A stretch of 64,000 nucleotides of DNA from Octopus sinensis. Taxonomy: Eukaryota. Positions 33,947-46,540 of the stretch are shown in pieces. The position numbers were made by a program, and so were the translations under genes. Location of the stretch: positions 5,580,001-5,644,000 of the forward strand of contig NC_043008.1 of the NCBI RefSeq assembly GCF_006345805.1, written 5' to 3'. The stretch's first letter is position 1. The number at the start of each line of letters is the position of its first letter. Under the pieces are notes generated by a model, which had not been told where the DNA came from, did not search any database, and saw only the letters and a program-made list of their open reading frames with translations.

Positions 33947-36900
33947 CATATATACGATGGGCTTCTTTCAGTCTCCGTCTACCAAATCCACTCACAAGGC
34001 ATTGGTCGGCCTGGGGCTATAGCAGAAGACACTTGCCCAAGGTGCCATGCAGTGGGACTGAACCCGGAACCATGTGGTTAGTTAGCAAGCTACTTACCAC
34101 ACAGCCACTCCTATAAAGTTCATGGGCAGGCTGTTCTGTTGATCGGGTCAACCGGAACAGTTGCCATGCCAACAGAGGGCCAGGGACTTTCTTCTTAACT
34201 ATTATATTTATGGCAACTGAGTCTATTAAAAAGAAAAACGACCTCTCTCCGCAATACTTTGTATAACATTCCTTGTTAGTCATATATTTCATTTTGCCAT
34301 GCTTCAGACTTGGTGGTCCCTTATTGTTGAGAAAAACCTTGGCAAGGTTTATTTTTGCATGGAGGTGATGACACGTAATTGAGACCTTTCGTGATATGCT
34401 GTACTTAACAAAAACCCCGTCAAGCCAAGTGGAATCGTGGTCCTGGCCAATGCCAGTGTCACACGTAACTGGCACCTGTGCCACTGGAACATAAAAGCAC
34501 ATGTGGCTGGTGGAACAGAAAAGTACACATGCCAGTGGCACGTAAAACGCACCCATTACACTCTCGGAGTGGTTGGCATTAGGAAGGGCATCAACAGTAG
34601 AAACCATGCCAAATCAGACCGAAGCCTGGTACAGATCTCTGGTTTACCAGTTCCAGTCAAACCATCCAACCCATGCCAGCATGGAAAGCAGATGCTAAAG
34701 GATTCTGATGATACATATAAGCAAGGTTTTCAGTCAAGGCTGACAAATCATCATCGTTTAACGTCCGTTCTCCATGCTAGCATGGGTTGGACGGTTTGAC
34801 CAGGGTCTGGGAAGCCAGGAGGCTGCACCAGGCTCCAGTCTGATCTGGCAGTGTTTCTACAGCTGGATGCCCTTCCTAACGCCAACCACTCCGTGAGTGT
34901 AGTGGGTGCTTTTTACGTGCCACCGGCATAGGTGCCAGGCGAGGCTGGCAATGGCCACGATCGGATTGGTGCTTTTTACGTGCCACCGGTTGCCTGATAA
35001 TCACAGCTTGATTTAATCATCTTAATTAACGAATACTTAGAGTTTAGTCCTTACTGTACTACTTGTTATTTTTAATTATGCACAATTGCAATTTGTTACT
35101 CATCACATGAAACAATTTTGGTAACAACAATTATATTGACTTCCTTCTGTGATACTGTTGTTGTTCACACTATAACTGTTTTATAACTGTTTTATGCTTT
35201 CAGAAAAGTTTCTATCGGATCAGTGACCGTGCTGTTGAATTTCGTTTCCAAAAAAGAGGGATCGGTGAAGTTTGGCCTCGTCTAACATACAAATCAGAAA
35301 AACAGCAATGGTTAAAGATTGATTTTGATAAATTTGCTCTTGAGGAAGATTCCGATGATAAACCAGAATATGAGGTGAATAACTATTTGTATTTTGGGAT
35401 ACAATCACAATCAGCTATGAGTGTCAGAATCTCATTTCACATTCCCTTAGAACAGGAGTTGGCAAACTTCTAATATCATTGACCCCTTTTATGGAATTGT
35501 TGATAACTTATTGGACCCTCCCCCCTGCATCATGTACATTTCATCATCATCATCATCGTTTAACGTCCGTTTTCCGTGCTAGCACGGGTTGGACAGTTCG
35601 ACCGGGGTCTGGGAAGCCAGGGGCTGCACCAGGCTCCAGTCTGATCTGGCAGTGTTTCTACAGCTGGATGCCCTTCCTAATGCCAACCACTCCAAGAGTG
35701 TAGTGGGTGCTCTTTACGTGCCACTGGCACGGGTGCCAGGGGAGTCTGGCATCGGCCACGATCGGTTGGTGCTTTTAAAGTGCCACCGGCATGGAAGCCA
35801 GTCAAGGCGGCGCTGGCATTTTCCACGTTTGGATGGTGCTTTTCATGTGCCACCGGCACAGGAGCCAGTCGAGACGGCACTGGCCCCGGCCACGTTCACT
35901 GCACTAATATTGGTTGATCCTGGGCCATAATGCAAAAATAAGACCTGATGTCTTATTCTCTAGGCATCACAAAATTGACTCCCATTTTACAACAACTGTA
36001 AGCAAACAAAAATTCATCAATAATTATGCTTTAACCCCTTCGTTACCGTATTTCTGTTGAGATGCTTTGTGTTTCGTTCAATTAATTTTAAATATAACAA
36101 AGAGTTTAGTAAAATAACTTGGTTATCATTAAACTAGTGTTAGGAACATAAATTGTGACTAAGGTTTGATACACAAACCGTAGTAATAGCAGCAACAATT
36201 TTCTAGGCATACATTAGTTTTATTATGGTAAGATTAGGGTCTTTAGACTTTAAAATATTCCTTTTTACTCTAGGCACAAAGCCCAAAATTTTGGAGGAGT
36301 GGTGGACAGTCAATTAGATCGACCCCAGTACGCAACTGGTACTTAATTTATTGACCCTGAAAGGATGAAAGGCAAAGTCGACCGTGGCGAAATTTGAACT
36401 CAGAACATAAAGACAGATGAAATACCTATTTCTTTATTACACACAAGGGGCTAAACATAGAGGGGACAAACAAGGACAGACAAAGGTATTAAGTCGATTA
36501 CATCGACCCCAGTGCATAACTGGTGCTTAATTTATCGACCTCGAAAGGATGAAAGGTAAAGTCGACCTTGGTGGGATTTGGACTCAGAACCTAACGGTAG
36601 ACGAAATACCGCCAAGCATTTCGCCCAGCATGCTAACGTTTCTGCCAGCCCACCACCTTAGACTTTAAGAATATTAAAAGAGTTGGTGTGTTATTGCAGA
36701 GCTTTGTATCTTATGGCTTCTGACTAAATTCTATTCCATTTCTGTTTTTCTTGAAGCCCTCCAAAACATCAATAATGAAGAAACTTGAAAGTGATCTTAA
36801 ACAAGTTGAAGGTTAGTGTTGTTGTTGTTGTTGTTGTGACTATTTTTTCTGCCTGGCTTTTATGTACCATTATGGGTAAAATAGTTATATTTTTTTTTTT

Positions 36901-39900
36901 ACTTGTTTCACTCATGACTGGACTGCGGCCATGCTGGGGCACCACCTTGAAGAATTTTAGTCGAATGAATCGACTCCAATACTTTTCTATTTTTTAAGCC
37001 TGTTGATCTCTTTTGCCAAACTGCTAAGTTACAGGAACACAAACACCAACACCGGCTGTCAGGTGGTGGTGGTGGGACAAACATGCACACACATATACAA
37101 TAGGCTTCTTTCAGTTTCTGTCTACCAAATCCACTCTTGAGGTTTTGATCAGCCCAGGCTGTAGTAAAATACATTTACCCAAGGTGCCATGCAGTGAGAC
37201 TGAACCTGGAACCATTTGGCTGGGAAGCAAACTTCTTACCACACAGCCACTCCTGCACCTGAGCCCCATGCTAGTAGGGTATTAAGAGCACCATCTGAGC
37301 GTGATCGTTACCAGAGCGGCTATCTGGCCTCCATGCCAGTGGCACGTAAGAGACACCATTCGAGTGTGATCGTTACCAGAGTCACCTTACTGGCACCTGT
37401 GCCGGTGGCATGTATAAAAGATTCGAGCGAGGTTGTTGCCAGTACCACCTGACTGGTCCTTGTGCCCATGGCATGTAAAAGCACCCACTACACTCGCGGA
37501 GTGGTTGGCGTTAGGAAGGGCATCCAGCTGTAGAAACTCTGCCAGATCAAGATTGGAGCCTGGTGCAGCCATCTGGTTTGTCTGCACGGGCACAAGTGCC
37601 AGTAAGGCGACACTGGTAACGACCACACTCGAATGGTGCCTTTTATGTGCCACTGGCACGGAAGCCAATTAGCCGCTCCGTCAATGATCACGTTTGTGTG
37701 GTGCTCATTGTACCCCGCTAGTACGGATGCCAGTCATCGAATTTGATTTTGATTCAGATTTGTTGTTATTTTTTGTTTTCATTTGAAAAAGGAGAAAGAG
37801 AATTCTATTTGTCAAAAGAATGATTGTTTGTTTCTGTTTCACAGAAGTGTTGTATTTATCTGGTTATCTCTCATTTTGAAAACAACCCGAAAGGATTTCT
37901 CTGTCTGTTTTATACCTTTTATTTATTTATTTTCTTTTTCAGTTAAATCTTCAATCAACTTCAATTACCTGTTCCTGTATAATTTATTCCAATTCATGGG
38001 CTATTCTTATATCTGTGGCATCATGCAGTACCATTATTACAGATATGGAGAAGGTCAGTAATACAATGCAGATACTAAACACTCATATGTCTACTTGTGC
38101 AGTTTTTAACCAATTAAATTGGAATTTGAGTAAATTTATTGCTATTTTCATGATTATAGAAGAGCGTATGCAAAAAAACCCAACAACCTAGTGAGATATA
38201 TATATAGTTTCAGCCATGCAGCTGTGGTCAGTTTTCATATATATATATATATATAGAGTGTATCTTTAAACACATAAGGAATCCACTCGTGGAAGTCAAC
38301 ATGCTAGAAAGAACAGCTAAGTTCTATAACCACAAAAATTAGGGGTAAAATTCGACAGGAATGAAACGAGAAATAAAATTCCTGTTGAATTTTATCCCTA
38401 ATTTTTGTGGTTATAGAACTTAGCTGTTCTTTCTAGCGTGTTGAATTCCATGAATGGATTCCTTATGAGTTTAAATGTACACTATATATTATGACTAATT
38501 CATAGTCTTTTGGGACTAAATTTTTACATGTTAGGCCACTGGAGGTGAAACATTTTAATTAATTTTCCATTTCCCTTTGATACGTTTAAGTATTATATAT
38601 GTATATATATATATATATATAAATAAATAAAGTGATGGTTTGTTGCCAACTTAATGTGACAGTCCCATGAAAGGGAAGAATGCTACCGTTATTTAGCCCT
38701 AGGAAACACCGTTTCCTGTTGGACTTGACACATTTCCTGTGTCCTTATGTTTTCAAAGGGGAGATAAGCACCTCCACCCAGCAACCAGAGACTAGTTTCA
38801 GAGTGATTGCTCATCATCAGTCTATGAAAATGACATGACAGAGAATAAAAACAGTTGTCATTTCATTTTCTCGTTACTCCTCTAGACTCATCAAACACTT
38901 TGTTATGAAGCATACGTATGTATTGAGTTCTACATCAGGTTATTAGATGCGCTATGCTTAAGCGAAATATATATATATTACCCAAAATGTCCTTTTTTTT
39001 TTTTAAGGGAACCTTACATACACTTATACTGCTGGTTTTTATTTCAGATTCCAAACTGGATATTTATGAAACTTTAGGCAGTCAATTAATAACGGTTCAG
39101 ATCATTAGCTGCTTAGAGATTCTTCATCCTCTGCTTGGAATTGTGCGTTCCAGTGTGATTGCTTCATTTTTTCAGGTAGGAATTATTTTCCTTATTTTAT
39201 CTCTTCAATAAGATTTGTGAGCTTTACTCTTTTACTTGTTTCAGTCATTTGACTGCGGCCATGCTGGAGCACCGCCTTTAGTCGAGCAAATCGACCCCAG
39301 GACTTATTCTTTGTAAGCCTAGTACTTATTCTATTGGTCTCTTTTGCTGAACTGTTAAGTTACAGGGACACAAACACACCAGCATCGGTTGTCAAGCGAT
39401 GTTGGGGGGACAAACACAGACACACAAACACACACATGCATATATATACATATATACGACAGGCTTCTTTCAGTTTCCATCTACCAAATCCACTCACAAG
39501 GCTTTGGTCGGCCCGAGGCTATAGTAGAAGACACTTGCCCAAGGTGTCACGCAGTGGGGCTGAACCCGGAACCATGTAGCTGGTAAGCAAGCTACTTGCC
39601 ACACAGCCACTCCTGCACCTACGCTTTGTTTAAAAAAATTATAGAAGTACCATCATTTTGATGTAATCCACAGTTGACTTTGACTGTTGTTTTCAAAATT
39701 CTCCACTTTTTTCTTGTCCTCATGACTTTTGAAGAGAAAAAAAAAAAGGGCCAAATTTGTCATAATTAATTGAATTACAAAAATAATTTCAGAATTCTAA
39801 TTCTAGACCCATCAAACTCTTCTATTACAAAAATACATTTTCATGTCATTTCTTTGTTTGTTTCTCACTTTTTGTACATCTTTGATTCCGAACTGAAATC

Positions 39901-42844
39901 TTGATAGAATTAACCGATTCCATTTCAAATAGGTTATGGGAAGAAACTTCATCCTGCTGTTAGTCGCTTGCAATAGTCATTTGCAACAGGTTCCATCATT
40001 TTGGTATTTGGTCCTTGTATGGAGTTTTGCAGAAGTGATAAGGTACAGTATTTTTATTGATTTAAAAAAAAAATTTTTATTTAAAGTTCCAACTCAGAGC
40101 TGCAGCCATGCTGATGCACCGCCATTAAAATCTACCCCGGTGGGATTTGAACCCTGAACGTTATGACAGATGAAATGCTGCTAAGCATCTCGCCCGGCGA
40201 GCTAATGATTCTCCCAGATCGCAGCCTTAAGTAACTATCGCCTGCGTCGGCCGGGAGTCGAACCCGGACCGACTGCTTGGAAGGCAACCATGCTAACCGT
40301 TACACCACCGACGCTGATTGTTGACTTTTATGTGGAATGTTCCAGTCCATAATTTGGATGGGATTTTGAAAGAGATTAGTTAAATAATAAACTAATCTAA
40401 TAAGTCAGGATGGATCCATTGGAAAGAAAACTAGGTTCTTCTTCTATTTACTCATTAAATTTTACATAAAAATAAATAAATGAAAATTACTAGATTTTTA
40501 AGGCGCAGGAGTGGCTGTGTGGTAAGTAGCTTGCTTACCAGCCACATGGTTCTGGGTTCAGTCCCACTGCGTGGCACCTTGGGCAAGTGTCTTCTACTAT
40601 AGCCTTGGGTCGACCAAAGCCTTGAGTGAATTGGTAGACAGAAGCTGAAAGAAACCCGTTGTATATATGTATATATATATATATGTGTGTGTGTGTGTCT
40701 GTGTTTGTCACCCCAACATTGCTTGACAACCGATGCTGGTGTGTTTACGTCCCCGTAACTTAGCGGTTCGGCAAAAGAGACCGATAGAATAAGTACTAGG
40801 CTTACAAAGAATAAGTCCTGGGGTCGATTTGCTCGACTAAAGGCGGTGCTCCAGCATGGCCCTCAGCCAAATGACTGAAACAAGTAAAAGAGTAAAGAGT
40901 AAGAGTATGGTTGCATAATGAAGGGCAGTGTCCCTTACAAGTCATTAATTCTCTGTTTATATTTTTAAATATTTTAACGAGTTGTTTCTCTCTTCAGGTA
41001 CCCTTACTATATGTTGCAGTCAATTAAGCGTGAAGCGACCCTCATCACTTGGTTACGGTATTCAGCTTGGATTGTGCTCTACCCATTAGGACTATTTCTA
41101 GAAGGTGAGATTATTACTGAAACATGTCATCATCATCATCATCATCGTTTAACGTCCGTTTTCCATGCTAGCATGAGTTGGACGGTTCGACCAGGGATCT
41201 GGGAAGCCAGGAGGCTGCACCAGGCTCCAGTCTGATCTGGCAGTGTTTCTACAGCTGGATGCCCTTCCTAACGCCAACCACTCCGAGAGTGTAGTGGCTG
41301 CTTTTTATTTCCCACTGGCACAGGTGCCAGGTGGGGCTGGCAATGGCCACGATCGGTTGGTGCTTTTTTACGTGCCACTGGCACGGAAACCAGTCAAGGC
41401 AGCGCTGGCATCGACCACGTACGGATGGTGGTTTTTACGTACCAGGGGAGGCTGGCAACAGCCATGTTTGGTTGGTGCTTTTTACGTGCCACCAGCACAG
41501 AAGCCAGTAAAGGTGGCGCTGGCTAAAATTCCTCCCTTCTTGTGTGTTTTGTACCAACTTATTATTATTATTGCTCATCTTTGTTTGAAAGGGAGACCAT
41601 GTTGTACAAAAGAGCTTCTTCATATTATTTATTACATTTGTGAACCAGTTCTCATCCTGATTATTGCAAAATTCATATCATTTATCTCATTTTCTTTTTC
41701 TTTTTTTGTTTTAATCACGTTTTTAACTTTGAATTTCTATTTTCTTTTCAGGAACTATAGTATTAGCTGGAGCACCCATGTATGAAATTTCTGGCAAATT
41801 TACTTTGACGCTGCCAAATAATTTAAATTTTTCATTTTACTTTCCGTGGTTTCTAAGAGTCTACTTATTTTCATTGATTCCAGGTAAGATTATAATTATA
41901 TTCCTTATCTAATCCTTTAATCCTTCAGCGTTCAGATTACTTTCTCAAATGGAATGCTTCTTTATTCACATTGTTTTGAATTAATCATGCATCATTTTGT
42001 AGCTTCATTATCATCATCATCATCGTTTAGCGTCCGTTTTCCATGCTAGCATGGGTTGGACGGTTCAACTGGGGTCTGGGAAGCCAGAAGGCTGCACCAG
42101 GCCCAGTTTGATCTGGCAATGTTTCTACGGCTGGATGCCCTTCCTAACGCCAACCACTCCATGAGTGTATTGGGTGCTTTTTACGTGCTACCGGCACGTG
42201 TGCCAGACGAGTAGGCAAACGGCCACGATCGGATGGTGCTTTTTATGTGCCACCGGCATGGGGGCCAGGAGAGGCTGGCAACGGCCACGAACGGATGGTG
42301 CTTTTTACGTGCCTCCGGCACAAGGCCAGTCGGGGCATAATGTCATCATCATCATTATCATCATCATTTAGCATCTGTTTCCCATGCTGGCATGGGTTAG
42401 ACGATTTGACTGGAACTTGTAAGCTCCAGTCATCTATTTTGGGTTAGTTTCTACAGCTGGATGCCTTTTCAACTGCTCCAGAATGTACTAGGTGCCATTA
42501 ACATGCCACCGGCACGGGTGCCTTTAACATGCCACTTCCATGGGTGCCTTTAACATGCCACAAAATAGAATAGGTTTTTTTTATCAAAATTCAAAATCAT
42601 TGTAACAATTTGGACAGGAACTTATATTATTTTCTCCCTGGGCAGACATTGTATTCCATTTTGTGAACTTTATTTAACTGATCCTTTCCATTATAGACCA
42701 CTGCTAACTAGTATCTTTGAATTGTAGTATTCTAACTTACTTTTTTGTTCTATTTCAGCTACCTACATGTTGCTCAACCATATGTACAAACTGCGCAAGA
42801 GCAAACTAGCAACATTTTCCATTGGCTTCAAAAAGAAGAAATAG
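29227..42844 (+). CDS. HACD3: Very-long-chain 3-hydroxyacyl-CoA dehydratase 3 (PTPLAD1/B-ind1), 366 aa
   Basis: GT-AG exons 29227-29310, 33229-33345, 35204-35374, 36757-36811, 37943-38053, 39048-39175, 39933-40042, 40998-41104, 41752-41883 and 42759-42844 (1101 nt) join in frame. N-terminal CS/p23 domain (LRPFVYWGQ...WPRL...WLKIDFDKF) and PTPLA domain (YLFLYNLFQFMG, GRNFIL, WSFAEVIRYPYY, LITWLRYSAWIVLYPLG), ending in KKKK* (dilysine ER motif). Confidence 0.95.
29409..29808 (+). mobile_element. Non-autonomous Helitron in HACD3 intron 1
   Basis: A|TC start. The 3' end CCGAGCAACGCCGGGCGATACTGCTAG|T is identical to that of 24457-24752. Confidence 0.8.
30310..30567 (+). mobile_element. Short (TA)n-flanked hammerhead-containing fold-back element, copy 2
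   Basis: 91-nt inverted arms 30374-30464 and 30477-30567. The 70-bp tail shared with the 6.1-kb copy is present in inverted orientation at 30310-30373. Confidence 0.75.
30467..30527 (+). ncRNA. Minimal type-I hammerhead ribozyme candidate with intact core
   Basis: GATAA | CTGAAGA | GATG...CATC-C | GAAA | C-ACGGA-G-T | T | TTATC. Stem I is 5 bp and sits directly against the core and the GUU triplet. Confidence 0.7.
30780..31040 (-). mobile_element. pogo/Tigger transposase C-terminal remnant
   Basis: Minus-strand peptide QDPNFEQSAKVSTTIKNASACYREIHREQNKAFSKQT resembles Tigger C-termini (from recall). Confidence 0.55.
33475..33698 (+). mobile_element. tRNA-derived SINE family E
   Basis: Head GTGGTTATGGTACTTGACTCAG...GAGTTCAAATCC followed by CCTTGAGCAAGACACTT...CCAGTCCACTCAGCTG. 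Related pieces at 9500-9700 (-), 25880-26060 and 26240-26360. Confidence 0.7.
36260..36657 (-). mobile_element. Dimeric SINE family B insertion
   Basis: Full unit plus headless unit with an alternative tail. About 17-bp TSD TTAGACTTTAA(G)AATATT at 36243-36259 and 36658-36675. Confidence 0.8.
38257..38483. mobile_element. Palindromic MITE (106-nt arms), TA-flanked
   Basis: 38257-38362 is the near-perfect reverse complement of 38378-38483. Confidence 0.85.
40243..40314 (-). tRNA. tRNA-Gly(TCC): tRNA-Gly (anticodon TCC), antisense in HACD3 intron 7
   Basis: GCGTCGGTGGTGTAACGGTTAGCATGGTTGCCTTCCAAGCAGTCGGTCCGGGTTCGACTCCCGGCCGACGCA is 72 nt with a perfect 7-bp acceptor stem, a perfect T stem, a TTCGA loop and discriminator A. 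Confidence 0.93.
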
Positions 42845-44694
42845 TTTCCCCCCTTTTATCGATAATTCTAAATCTTTAAAAAGAGGAAGTAATTGTAAAA
42901 CCTCTTGGTGAAATCACAACATATCCCTTGATTAATGATGCATAGAAAATGATCGCTGTTCATGAAAATTATTTATCAGTCAAACAGATATAGCTGCAGA
43001 TGACGTTTTTAAAAGAAAATGAAAAGATTCAATATGTGCTAATTAAGAAAATTTTTTAAAATTTATGACCGAAGGGCAATGTGAATGATTTTGATTTTAG
43101 TATTGTCGGTTATGTTGATAAAACAACTGTTGTTTTTTGCATTTGTAATGTGAAGAAAAATCCTTTTTTTATACTTAAGATTATATTTGATAAAAAGCTA
43201 GTCACTTTATACTGTTTTAAAAGCTTTAATTACTGTAGTTGGCAACATCTACCGTTAAATGATTTTTTTTTCTTTTGCCAGAATGTGCAGACCACCATTT
43301 TTAACCATTCCAGCTGCTAAGATTTGTTCTGTCTTATTCATTAACCATTGCCCCTAAAAGAAACCACATTTGCTGTGGCTTTCTTTTTTAGCAATTTCAG
43401 TTTGGAAATGAAATAATTATATAAAAAAACAATCTTCTAAGTTCACCAAAATTACTGTAATTTGACTAATTTAATTCTCCATTTTCTTGCCACTATGTCT
43501 CTAAGTCCAAATAACATTTTCCTTAACGACAGTGTCTTGTCTACAGATAAAGTGCATTTTTTTTTTCTTTCGGTTCGTTAACATTTCATCAACCCAAATG
43601 CCAAGATCAATCATTAACGGAAAGCTGCTGCTTTGTTAATCTGTTCAAACATTTTTTTAAATGGAAACATTGACATAAACCCACAAATGGTTTGATGATA
43701 GAAAAGGCTAATCTTTAACTTATTCTAAAATTTACTATTTATTATGATGAGGTGCCGAAACAATTGAAATTTTCCAAATGCATTATTATCATTGACATTG
43801 TAAAAATTCATTTTTATTTTATACGTATTTTCTCATGTTATTGGTAGAATAGTTAGAAATTCCATTCTGCTCTGAGGTGAGATTTCTATTAAAGACAAAG
43901 AGAATGTCTACAGAATATATTGGAAATCTTAGAGTTACAGCATAAAGTATTGTCAGTGAAACCAAGTGCAAATGTCAGCACAATATGGCATTTATTGAAA
44001 GCCTGAAGAATGAGAAACGGTTTTAGTAACGACAGGTTTCCTTACAGCAGGGACCTTGCTTCCTGGCCACATGGTTCTGGGTTCAGTCCCACTGTGTGGC
44101 ACCTTGGGCAAGTGTTTTCTGCTTTAGCTTTGGATTGACCAAAGCCTTGTGAGTGGATTTGGTTGACAGAAACTGAAAGAAACCTGTCATATATTTATTT
44201 ATGTATGTATGTGTGTATGTATGTGTGTGTGTGTGTCTTTCTGCGTATGTTTGTCCCCCCCCCCCATCACCGTTTGCGTTGGTGTGTTTACATCCCTGTG
44301 ACTTAGCAGTTTGGCAAAAGAGACACATAGAATAAGTACCAAGCTTAACAAATAAGCACTGGGGGTCAATTCATTTGATTAAAAATTCAAGGCAGTGCCC
44401 CAGCATAGCCAGAGTCTGATGACTGAAACAAATATTTTTATTTTTAGGGAATAAAAAACAACTTCTGAGGTTAGCTTTCCATTCTTATTATTGAAAGTCA
44501 TTCTGCCAATAATCCCTGTTCAAATAATCTCTGTTGACATATTTCAGTGTTTAACCTTTTGGCATTCAGGTTACTGTCAAATGCAGTGCTTATTTATTTC
44601 ACATTGATATAAATTAGATCTGCACTACTTTTGTAGCTTTGAGGTTTCAGTGAAAGAATTGTTCACTTCTAGAATAACATTAAAGGTTAAATAA

Positions 44695-45345
44695 GGCTGC
44701 GAGCTGGCAGAAACGTTAGCACACTGGGCGAAATGCTTAGCGGTGTTTCATCTGTCTTTACGTTCTGAGTTCAAATTCCGCCGAGGTCGACTTTGCCTTT
44801 CATCCTTCTGGGGATCGATAAATTAAGTACCAGTTGTGTACTGGGGTCGATCTAACTGACTGTCCCTCTCTCCCAGAATTTCAGGCCTTATGCCTAATGT
44901 AGAAAAGATTATTCTAAGGTGGCGAGCTAGTAGAAATGTTAGCACACTGGGTGAAATGCTTAGTGGTATTTCATCTGCCTTTATGCCCTGAGTTCAAATT
45001 TCACTGAGGGCGACTTTGTCTTTCATCCTTTCAGGGCTGATAAATTAAGTACCAGTTGCATACTGAGGTCCATTTAATTGACTGGCCCCCCCCCTCCCCC
45101 AAAATTTCAGGCCTTGTGCCCAGAATGAAAAAGAATATAAGGCGCAGCGAGCTGGCAGAAGTGTTAGCGTGCTGGGCGAAATGCTTAGTGGTATTTCGTC
45201 TACCTTTGCGTTCTGAGTTCAAATTCCGCTGAGGTCGACTTTGCCTTTCATCCTTTCGGGGGTTGATAAATTATGTACCAGTTGCATACTGAGGCCGATC
45301 TAATCCCCCCCAAATTTCGGACTTTGTGCCTAGAGTAGAAAAGAA
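44695..45345 (+). mobile_element. Cluster of family B SINE units with alternative tail (…GCCTTGTGCCTAGAGTAGAAAAG)
   Basis: Three head-bearing units in tandem, starting at about 44695, 44917 and 45140. Confidence 0.8.
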
Positions 45346-46540
45346 CCTTATAGGGTAAGTGTGAGATGCCAGTCTTTTGGCTGGTTTAAATGCCAAAGGG
45401 TTAACTAAAGAGGAGATACTTTTACAGGTTCAGTGAAACCCTTATTGGTTGTTGTTTAGATATTAGATTCTAACAATACAGCTGCCTCCCTGGGGTCCAG
45501 CTTCATTTCTCAATCTAGAGGATCATTTTAAAATTTTAATCAAATTGTAAACAGTGGAAGTTTGTTATCATTGTTAATTAAGTACACGTGTATAGTTCTT
45601 TATTTATTGCAGGTGGTTTGGGATGTTTAAGATATTAGAAATACCAAAGCAGCTTTTTAAGGCAAAAATACTGCCCTACACTTGATGTTGGCTGAGAAAA
45701 TAATTATGAAAATTTAACAATGCAATTTAATGTTTAAATATTGTACGTTTTATTATTTTGATAATAAAATCAATAAAGATAAATGGAAGCTGTTTGATTT
45801 TCATTTTTTAAACTTGTTTTATATGTGTGATCTGAGAAGAGAATCGTAATCTCTGTATTTTTAAATGAGGTGTATTCCGTAAGCCAAGAGGAGAATAACT
45901 GAAATTTTGTAAACATTTTGTTTTCAGAATTGTAATCACTGTATTTTAAAATCATCATCACATCATTATTTAATGCCCGTTGTCCATGATGGCATGGGTT
46001 GAATGGTTTGACCAGGGCTGTGAAGCTGAGGGGCTGGACCAGACTCCAAGTCTGATTTAGCATGGTTTCTACAGCTGGATGCCCTTCCTAATGCCAACCA
46101 CTTTGAGAGTGTAATGGATGCTTTTGTGTGCCACCAGCACAGGTGCTAGTTGCATGTCACACCTGTATCTGCCGCAACTACAGTTTCACTTAGCTTGATA
46201 GGTCTTCTTCTCAAGTACAGTATATTGTCAGAGTTCTCGGTTATTTGTTGTTGCCTGTGTGAGGCCCAACGCTCAAAAGGTGCCTTTCACGTGCCAGTTA
46301 TATGACACAGCAGCCACAGCAATGATTTCACTTGGCTCGAGGGATCTTCTCAAGCACGGCATATCGCCAGAGGTCTCAGTCACTAGTCAATGTCTCTGTG
46401 AGGATCTAAAAAAATAAAACACCTGTAAAGAAATGAGGTGAAATGCTTTGCTGGTGAAGTTTTAGGTAACTTTAAGACTACCTTCATAAGAGATCCATTA
46501 AAGTTATGGAGGGGAGTTAGGACTTGAGAGGTTTTACGTT

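Noticed and set aside
43740-43775. ATGATGAGGTGCCGAAACAATTG as a hammerhead or C/D snoRNA
   Set aside because: C3 is missing, there is no valid NUH or stem I, and no D box at a suitable distance.
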